A stretch of 63,972 bases of DNA, counting the filler, from Collodictyon triciliatum (Eukaryota), in NCBI GenBank assembly GCA_043381765.1. It is 24 parts of 23 records of this genome, joined end to end, with 100 filler letters (N's around TTAATTAATTAA, not from the genome) between each part and the next. Parts side by side here need not be neighbours in the genome. Positions count along the whole stretch, not along the records: positions 53,680 to 56,281 come from JBHJMP010008600.1; positions 56,382 to 58,983 come from JBHJMP010008601.1; positions 59,084 to 61,682 come from JBHJMP010008602.1; positions 61,783 to 62,826 come from JBHJMP010008605.1; positions 62,927 to 63,972 come from JBHJMP010008641.1; 19 more parts are not named here. One strand, written 5' to 3'. Within the stretch, counting starts at the first letter, position 1. Each line of letters starts with the position of its first letter. A program made the translations under genes and the position numbers. The notes below the pieces were generated by a model. That model did not search any database. It was not told the origin of the DNA and saw only the letters and a program-made list of their open reading frames with translations. Positions 55,611 through 63,972 of the stretch are shown here, one piece after another.

Positions 55611-56570
55611 CATACTTACCTATTCTAACACATATATTTATCATGGAAATCCTCATTGTTTTTCTTTTTTTTTCTTTTACAGTTCTTTTTGCAGTCCTGT
55701 TTTGAATTATTCAAGCAAAATTACCAAATAATCAGCCATCTTATTATTTTCTTCAATTTGCATCAACTCAGGCATCATATGATCATCTTGGCTCATCCGA
55801 TAGTATCAGAAATCAGGTTTATATTTGATTTCAGGCCTAAGAAAATTCTTCAGCCTGATGGGCACCTCTTTGTGCCTGCTGAAGCATACCTTCTCAATAT
55901 TTTTTTTCTTTCTCAGAACTTACTCACAAAGGCGAAGAGCAACAATTTTGCTCCACTCCCATCGGAGGGGGTGTTTTATGGGATACTTATCCTGTTGTCT
56001 CTACTTACCCTAGTCGCAGGCCTCAATGTTTTGCAAAATAAATAGCGCAGACAAACAACCACACCAAAAAAAAAAAAATCAAATAGGACTGACAATTAAT
56101 TGTCGATAGATGCAACGTTGAATATTCTTTCCATGAAATGATATTTTCAGCCTATATACGCATATGCGATGACGGTATTTGTTTGTTTGTTTTTGTTTGT
56201 TTTTGTTTGTTTTTTTTGTTTTTTTTGTTTTTTTTGTTTTTTTGTTTTTTTTTTGTTTTTTTTTTTTTTTTTTTTTTTTTTNNNNNNNNNNNNNNNNNNN
56301 NNNNNNNNNNNNNNNNNNNNNNNNNTTAATTAATTAANNNNNNNNNNNNNNNNNNNNNNNNNNNNNNNNNNNNNNNNNNNNGTTCTTTTCTTTTTCTTTT
56401 TCTTTTTCTTTTTCTTTTTCGTTTTCTTTTTCTTTTTCTTTATCTGATCTTTTTCTTTTCTTTTTCGCTTTCTTTTCTTTGTCTGATCTTTTTCTTTTTC
56501 TTTTTCTTTTCCTTTTCCTTTTCCTTTTCCTTTTCCTTTCTTAATCTGAAAACGCCCTTGCTATATCCTG

Positions 56571-58983
56571 GTGTCTTTTCTTGTCCTCATGGCTCAGGTG
56601 GATGTGGCATGTGCAATCCTTGTTCGACTTCAGTCAGAGATCGACTCCGATATGGATGAAGTAAACACGCTTATGAGGCTGCTTTGCGTCCATTTCACAT
56701 ATCACCCCCGGATATCCCAAACAGTAAGAAAGAGGCCATACTTTGTTTGCTGTATGCGCCACACGAGTCTATCCTTCGCTGACCCTTTACATGAAACACC
56801 CTTGTGTGCATAGTTCTTGGAACTCCTCGAATGTTCTAGTCGGCCAGATGTGTTCATCCCCCATGTTCCATTCTTTATGCAAATATCACCAGAGAATGAG
56901 GCATTATACCTATAAATGTCCTTTTATCGGTTTTATTTCTAACCCCAATCCATGAGTACATGTCTCCCCTTCTTTACTCTCAGTCAAACTGGCTCGTAGA
57001 TAACCAAAGCCCACAGAATACTTGAGCGAATCATCGAGAGAGACCGTAGTCTCATCGTCCCTGTCGTCGGATGCCTTTCTGAACTTTCACTCCCCACCCG
57101 ACTAGAGGTTCTTATTCATCTCTTTTAAACGAGTCCAACTGGAGTGTACCAAATATTTATTTCGACCAAAATGTTTACAACTGGAAGGGCGAATAACCCT
57201 GTCAGCTGTAAAACTTGTTTCATTTAAACTCAATCATACTCAATCTTTGAACGATTTTTTTTCTAATTTTTTCCCCAAGAACCGTGTGATGAGTTTGATC
57301 CAGGTATTCGGGAGTTAATTGCTTCGACAAATTTAAATGCTCATTTGTTCTTAATCTTGATAATTATGGAATTTCATTTCAAAGATGACTATAGTTTACA
57401 CTATCTATTGGTTAAAAATTTCGTTTGTGTGCCTTTTTTTTCTCTTCTTTTTCTTGCTTCTCCTTACCCAGGAATCGATTGATGTGGTTAACGAATCAGA
57501 TTTACCGGCTCTAGTATCGTGCCTTCTGAAAACACTGAGAAGCAGTTAATATTATTTGAAATTTAATCAAACCATGATGGTGGCTGGATATTTCAAACGC
57601 CGCCTTTTGATTTATTTATTTATTTTTACGATTATTTCTTCTATAGAGTCTAATCCAAATACAATCGACTTTATTCGGAAGCATATTGAAAAAGCGAATT
57701 CGGTATGGTTATATTTTCAAATACTAAACTCTCCTTCTTCTTGAGTTTTTTTCCTTTATTCGATTCAAAATTCTCCTTCTTCTTGAGTTACAATTTCTAT
57801 CATACTAGGATTCAAATTCACTGATTTTTGAAGTCATTTGTTCATCATTTCGGTCAAACATTTCAGCAGGTAAAAACTGATATCTAGAGTTTACGAATAT
57901 CTACCCCATTGATACACATGTCTGTTTATTTATCAATTTTTTTCCATCGCCTTGAGTGCATTAGTTCAATCCTTTTACCAAAGTCTTCAAAGGTACATAG
58001 CCAAGCATATTAATTGCTAATACTAATAGTTCTTGTACAGTTGATAATTTTTATTAATTTTTTTTTTTTTTTTACATTTTACCATTTCTCACTAATATTA
58101 TACAATTTTTTCTCAGGTATTCTGTTTGGATCCCTATGGACTTTGCAGTTGTGATGGTCCTGTATTCAAGGACAAGAGGTACATGCATATAAAACAAAGA
58201 TATGAACATTTAATATGGCTGTTCATTCAAAATAGATATTCTGCTCACGACCAATCAGTATCTCACGATTTTCTATATGTTTTTTTTTTTTAAAAAAAAA
58301 ACCAATAGAAAGGAAATTAGTAACGCAGGTGTTGGTAAGAGCTCTACAGTACGATTTACTAAATCATAAAGCCATCAAGTACGTACATTTCTTTCAATAC
58401 TTGAATTCGAACTTTTGCAACAGTGATGTTGATGGTCAGGCAAATCTATGTTGAAAATGTAAAGTTTCATATCAATTACATTTGTGCTATCCCATTGTCG
58501 AATTAAAAATTTCAACAAACACAAAGGCTAGGAACACAGTTATATATTGAATCGGAGTTCCGAAATGACACTTGCGTTCAGTTTGCGAGCCAATTTCTGG
58601 ATCGAATATCTCTTTCGAAAGGGAACTCAGATCTCCCTGTCATTATGATGGATGTCATATTCGTCCATTATCCAGAGACAAGACATATGGTTGTTTTCTC
58701 TCTCAATTTCTTCTTCAATAGATGCAAACCCTAGATTTAGTATGTTCTTCAAGTTACGGTGCCAATTCAGTATTACTTTTATTATTATTAAATTATTGTT
58801 TTTTTTTAAAAAAAGATTTTATCAACATTGTTGTCTCATATAACGAACTGTCCGTCAAGTGAAGAAAGGTTAGCTTCATGCTCTTTTAAAAACACACAAA
58901 AGAATTCATCCAAGTTTGTATGCCTGATGCATATGTTCATGTTCTGAAAATCATCAAAGAAACCTGGAGCGTGCTTGGACAAC
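56571..58983 (+). CDS. FANCD2: FANCD2-like protein, internal exons
   Basis: Colinear motifs ILERIIERDRSLIVPVVGCLSELSLP, ESIDVVNESDLPALVSCLL, TIDFIRK, SLIFEVICSSFR and MDFAVVMVLYS match the FANCD2 N-terminal solenoid pattern. Confidence 0.7.
57730..57789 (-). mobile_element. 24-bp family A retro-insertion (57748-57771) flanked by 18-bp target-site duplication
   Basis: TCTCCTTCTTCTTGAGTT occurs at 57730-57747 and 57772-57789. The insert's reverse complement ATTTTGAATCGAATAAAGGAAAAA matches the family A terminus. Confidence 0.88.
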
Positions 58984-59258
58984 NNNNNNNNNNNNNNNNN
59001 NNNNNNNNNNNNNNNNNNNNNNNNNNNTTAATTAATTAANNNNNNNNNNNNNNNNNNNNNNNNNNNNNNNNNNNNNNNNNNNNCTTGTTTCTTTTCTTTT
59101 ATTTTTATTTGCCAGCTTTTGATAGACTACCCCATTATTCTCGATCAAGTCTTCTGACTTTCTGACATAGGTAAAATACTTGATTGGTATAAACCTTCGC
59201 TTTTTTTTTAATAGAAAATAAAGCTATATTTTCTTGTTGCATTATTCAGTTTGCTTGA

Positions 59259-59689
59259 CCTTATGTTGATCAGTGGCTTTTTTTTTTGTGTTTTGTTCAA
59301 AATAATGAGGGTTCACGCAAAAGGGATTCAATAGATCACTTGTGTTGTGCTGGTATTTGGTTTTTATTCTTGAATTATTATTTGGTTGTGTCGATATGTT
59401 TGTGCTGGTGAGATAGACTTCGTATATACAGTTTGTTTTCTTCAAAAATGAGTTGGAGTTAGGAAGAAAAAAAAGAGATAAGTAAATTTTGTTTTCTTAT
59501 TATAAACTTTGGTCGCACAGGAAATTCAAAGTAAAGATTATAGAAAAATGATGGACGGAGCAAATCTGGAAAAAATGGAGCTAGTGTATTAGTTATCTGA
59601 ATAAGCGGCTTTGTAATTGTCTTGAAAGTAAATATAGCTAGGAATATGAAAATGAAAGCAGATATTGCAAACCATTCCATCTCTTCCAT
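59259..59689 (-). CDS. 5' exons of a possible type II membrane protein
   Basis: MEEMEWFAISAFIFIFLAIFTF signal anchor followed by AG/GT-bounded exons; no domain recognised. Confidence 0.3.
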
Positions 59690-60954
59690 AACATTATCAA
59701 CTCTTCATCGATTTTTCATCATTTTTTTATTTGTAACAGTCTTTGAACAGAGGGAAATATTACAGCTGCACTTAATTAAATGTGCATCTATGGAAAGTAC
59801 ATTAACATTAACATCAACATTCACATACAATACAAGACGAAAGCACCAGAATAACGCATTGTATTAGTTGAAGAGAAAAGCTCATTGTGCGCATCAAATT
59901 GCCCACATATCGACCTTATCCATTCAGATATCTGATGGAAAGAATGCAGTCCGTGATCTAAAAAGCCAGTAAATCAAAGCACTTTGATACATTTCACTGC
60001 TTATTGTTGCTCTTGAAAGCACTGCAGGCACATATCGCTATTGAAATCCAAAGTCTAGTTTACTAGCTAGCAGGTTACTTCCTTTTTTCTTTCTTTTCTT
60101 CAATAGTTTATTGATCAAACACATCGCCAAAGATGAATACCGTTTTATTTGAATCTATTTTTTTTTGAAAAGGTTGATATTTGATGCGGGGTTAAGTGAC
60201 GCGCACCACCTTTCGAGTATCTTTATTTACCCATTATAGTGGCTTACAAATCCCACACAAAGCAAAGTTTTATGCTATAATATTTTTATTTTTAATAGGA
60301 ATTTGTGATGTTTTTTTTGGATATTCTGTAAAAAAAAACTATAATCTAGCAGACTACTGTTAAAAATCTCTTTTTTTGTAAGTTACTGATCTCACAGTGT
60401 CGTTAATTCAATGTGGCACATTGATTTTTCCTTTTATATTTAGTTTAAAGAAAGTTTTTTATTATGATTCTACAGCCCGCCCTAGTTGTTGCACCTTGGT
60501 TGAAAGTACGAACGCGTTTTGGATTCGGTTTCAGGTCGTTGTAGTTTAGACACAAAATTCATGACTTATCTAAATATAAATCTATTGTGGGTCGAGCTTC
60601 ATACAACCCTTAAAAGCTGTAACTACCAAAGGCCTGAGTTGGATTCAATCCGAGGCCTAACTTCCGGCAAAGTCCAAGTGACGCGACTGATTAAAATCAG
60701 ACAATGAATGCGCAACCAGTAGACGCAACATGTGAAAGTCGCTAATTTTATTTTTAAAAAGAACCTTCAATTTGTATATAGTGCTGTATTTGATTTTCTT
60801 GTATCGTTATATGATTGAATGCCTTTTTCCCGTGATAAATATATGAATATGAAATGTGCTGGCTCACTACGACCCATTTCCTGAGTAACCTCACTTCATC
60901 ATTTGTTGCAAAGCTCTGTTTAAGTGCATCGTTCAAAGAATCTATCGCGTTCGA

Positions 60955-61457
60955 TTAATTTATTTGATCCACGAAGCCGAAGTCAAAGCCAATGTAATTT
61001 GCTAATAAACCCATCTTACTGGGCCATTCTTTGCCATTTTTTATTTTGTTTATTTTTCTTTGCGTGTGGAGATGAAGCTCCTGTCTCCAAGGTGCCAGCC
61101 TTCTTTTGCACTAGCGCTACTTGTTGGCCGGGTGGCGGAGAAGTAGTCGGTAATCAGGAATTGCATCCTGCGGTTTGGCCTGTAACCTGGGTCTTGTGCT
61201 TCCATGAGAGAGACAAGGCGAAGTTTAATATATTTATCACCCTCTTTCCACATGTCTCTTCTCACGGGGTCTGGGTAGTAGAGAACGTGCAGGTGGCGAA
61301 GGAAACTGTTGAGGAAAGAGATTTGTATGATGTCATTCAGCCTATTATCAGGAATGGGTGGCTGGTTGTTGAGTCTTGCATTGCGTGAGTATATGCGCGC
61401 TATCCACATAGTCCATAGCAAATGGCCTCGCGTCACTGCCCAGAATGTTTATGCATC
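60955..61457 (-). mobile_element. 3' end of second L1-like family (family C): ORF2 C-terminus and 3'UTR
   Basis: FWAVTRGHLLWTMWIAR...RN is the post-zinc-knuckle W..W..RN motif of L1/Tx1 ORF2. NSFLRHLHVLYYPDPVRRDMW...QFLITDYF aligns with family A. Ends GGATCAAATAAA. Confidence 0.75.
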
Positions 61458-61682
61458 TTCCCCTTTGGTTTTGCACAAAAACCACACGAATAGCAACCAA
61501 GCCTCAACTTTGACGACGAGAATGTGGTCTACGAGCATACCAGACGCGACCGGTGGAGCGAGCAGCGGGACTGCAGGAGAAGGGACTCTACCCGGCCGGC
61601 TGCGTGGTGCGCCTTGTGGGCGAGTACACTGAGACACTGACACACACCACACGCCCGCGCTTGTTGGAGCAGCTGTGCGAAG
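61458..61682 (-). mobile_element. Repeat family B, second copy (48-bp internal deletion)
   Basis: Matches 10854-11094; the deletion lies between GGC microhomologies. Confidence 0.8.
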
Positions 61683-62084
61683 NNNNNNNNNNNNNNNNNN
61701 NNNNNNNNNNNNNNNNNNNNNNNNNNTTAATTAATTAANNNNNNNNNNNNNNNNNNNNNNNNNNNNNNNNNNNNNNNNNNNNTGTTTTTTGTTTTGTTTT
61801 TTGTTTTGTTTTTTGTTTTGTTTTTTGTTTTGTTTTTTGTTTTGTTTTTTGTTTTGTTTTTTGTTTTTGTTTTTTGTTTTGTTTTTTGTTTTGTTTTTTG
61901 TTTTTTGTTTTTTTGTGGTAGACGATATTTAAAAAGAGGAGAGAGATAAAGTTGGAGAGACGGGGAGATAGAAGAATAGAGAAATAGACACTAAATAAAG
62001 AAGAAAAAGAAAAGAAAGAAAAAGAAAATTTAAATTTAAATCAATATGTACGTGTAAAAAAATAGAAAAAAAGAGGAGACTAAC

Positions 62085-62644
62085 CTTTCATCAAAGTTTG
62101 CTATTAAGCGTCTGTACCGGATAAAGTCTCGGATTCTAATATAAATCGCGCGTGTGGTCATGTAGAACTCACGAAAGATATGAATAGGCATTCCGTAGAA
62201 TGTGCTGATTGCCACAAAGAATGTCGACATGAGCATCAGCTTGGCGAGGTCGCTGAAAAAGTCCAAATAAAATAAAAGTATGCGATTTATCTCAAGCTGA
62301 TTCTCCATAAAGATTTCAAGTAAAGCGAGAATATATTTGCAGTAGATGACCAGGCACTTGATGGACAAAAGGCAGAACTGAGTGTTGAAATTAATCCACA
62401 CGTAATAGAATTAGCAAGTATGATGTTACTGACCGAAAGAGTGATTATGTACAAAGACGCTTATTAACACTCTAGTGTTTCTTCGACTCACTTCAAGACT
62501 GAATAATAGAAGGATGGATGGGCCGTGCTCCATGAGTGTTTCAAGGCAAATGTACAGGCACCAGAGGCTCACCATGGAAAGAAGCCCAATCAAGGAGATG
62601 AACCGCAAGTGTTTCCAGGCATCTGGATCAGGCACTTGCTGAAT
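62085..62644 (-). CDS. SYVN1: HRD1/synoviolin ERAD E3 ligase, TM-region exons
   Basis: HLRFISLIGLL, GPSILLLFSLE, KYIL, FYLDFFSDLAKL and YGMPIHIFREFYMTTRAIYIRIRDFIRYRRLIANFDER. Confidence 0.92.
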
Positions 62645-62750
62645 CTGCTCGAAAATTAAATCAAATGCTTGTTAATTAATAGAAAAAAATTATTAAAGAA
62701 AATGAATATATTTGATTTTACAATCGAGAAAATTGATTAATTCTTTCTTC

Positions 62751-62826
<76 letters not shown>

Positions 62827-62964
62827 NNNNNNNNNNNNNNNNNNNNNNNNNNNNNNNNNNNNNNNNNNNNTTAATTAATTAANNNNNNNNNNNNNNNNNN
62901 NNNNNNNNNNNNNNNNNNNNNNNNNNGGGGGGGGGGTGGGGGGTCGGTCCGGTAGTTGGTTGCT

Positions 62965-63810
62965 GGTTTCCCTTTACTATAAACCCAGCTTTCTTTAGTT
63001 TGCTGGCTGTAATTTCTAAAGGTGCCTCTAGTTCCTCTTTGGCGGTTGCATATAGCTTGATGTCATCTACAAATAGCAGGTGGTTATTCTCTTGTTGCTC
63101 GCTGTTGATGCTTATTTGGGTTGCCTCACTGGACCCTAGTTTTCTTGTGATAGATCCTATAATCAGGATGAAAAGTGAGGGTGATAAACTGTCTTCTTGT
63201 AATACACCTTGTTTCACTTAAGCCTCTCCTAGCATTTTTTTTCTTGGTGTTTTATGTTTAGTGTTCACTTCTTTGTTGCGTTCTCCATGAATTGTATTAT
63301 CAAAGTATGTGCGGGATGCGGCAAGTGTTTTTAGTAGGTAATCGTGGCTGACTGAGTCATAGGCCCTCTGTACATCAAGTCATGCTGCGAATAGTTTATT
63401 ACCGAGTTGGTCATTGATTGCTCCGATGAAAAGGGTGTGTTCTTTGACTCCTTGGGTTTCCTTCCTTCTGTTTCTTTGGTTCTACGATATTTTGCTCCGG
63501 GTGTTCAGAGAGTTCACACGTCGAGGCGTTGTCAATAGTCTATGGAGGTTGCTCATGCACGTAATCAGTCTGAATTGCGATGGGTTGTACACTAATTTTT
63601 TTCTTTGGAATGGGGTAGGTATTCTCTGTAAAGAACCGCCTTGGTAATTCAAAAAAAAAATTGTACTTGCTCCATTCACGACTTCTATAAGGCAAGGCCG
63701 TGTAGCTGTAAGTCTTTTGATAAAGGAGGATTGAATCAGGTCGAGTCCAGTTGCTTACCAGTCAGGGAGGGCTTTTATTACTCCCATCCACATTTCCTCT
63801 GGTAGGCTCC
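62965..63810 (-). pseudogene. Non-LTR reverse transcriptase pseudogene, R4/Dong-like (RLE-type) clade
   Basis: PDW*ATGLD, NPSQFRLITCMSNLHRLLT, GVKEHTL, A*LDVQRAYDSVSH, KQGVLQEDSLSPSLF and NHLLFVDDIKLYA; stops and frameshifts. Confidence 0.88.
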
Positions 63811-63972
63811 AGGGTTCTTTTTTTCGTTTTTCGTTTTTCGTTTTTCGTTTTTCGTTTTTTTGTTTTTTGGTTATATGTTTTTTGTTTTTTTTTTATTTTT
63901 TGGGTTTTTTTGGGTTTTTTTGGGTTTTTTTTGTTTTTTTTGGGTTTTTTTGTGTTTTTTTTGGTTTTTTTT

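Noticed and set aside
60630-60658. AGGCCT...GGATTCAATCC...AGGCCT hairpin as a tRNA fragment
   Set aside because: No cloverleaf or A-box can be built.

Overview
This is not a contiguous locus. It is about 24 short contigs (mostly ~2.6 kb) of an intron-rich, microsatellite-rich eukaryotic (probably protist) genome, joined by an artificial N44-TTAATTAATTAA-N44 linker, so adjacency across linkers is meaningless. Splicing GT-AG exons by eye under the standard code recovers many genes the ORF track misses: kinesin-14, a TKL kinase with an EEARKA repeat and SAM-like domain, a coiled-coil/PH protein, two NHL paralogues, a sterol desaturase, NFU1, endosulfine, a GT61 glycosyltransferase, gamma-tubulin, VPS13, a second TKL kinase, an ADCY10-like STAND protein, a GT-C glycosyltransferase, an AKR1-like ankyrin protein, FANCD2-like, HRD1, and probable APC2 and TAPT1 exons. 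The most interesting signals are three. (1) Two diverged L1-like retrotransposon families both end ORF2 with a canonical TD-type PCNA-binding PIP box, and one is a full PIP degron. One family is multicopy and includes a 24-bp insertion with an 18-bp target-site duplication. (2) An intronless protein is built from ~76-aa repeats, each a Sel1 unit plus a hypervariable hairpin-like insert. (3) A prokaryote-like GT-C gene carries spliceosomal introns. All family assignments come from motif recognition, not database searches.
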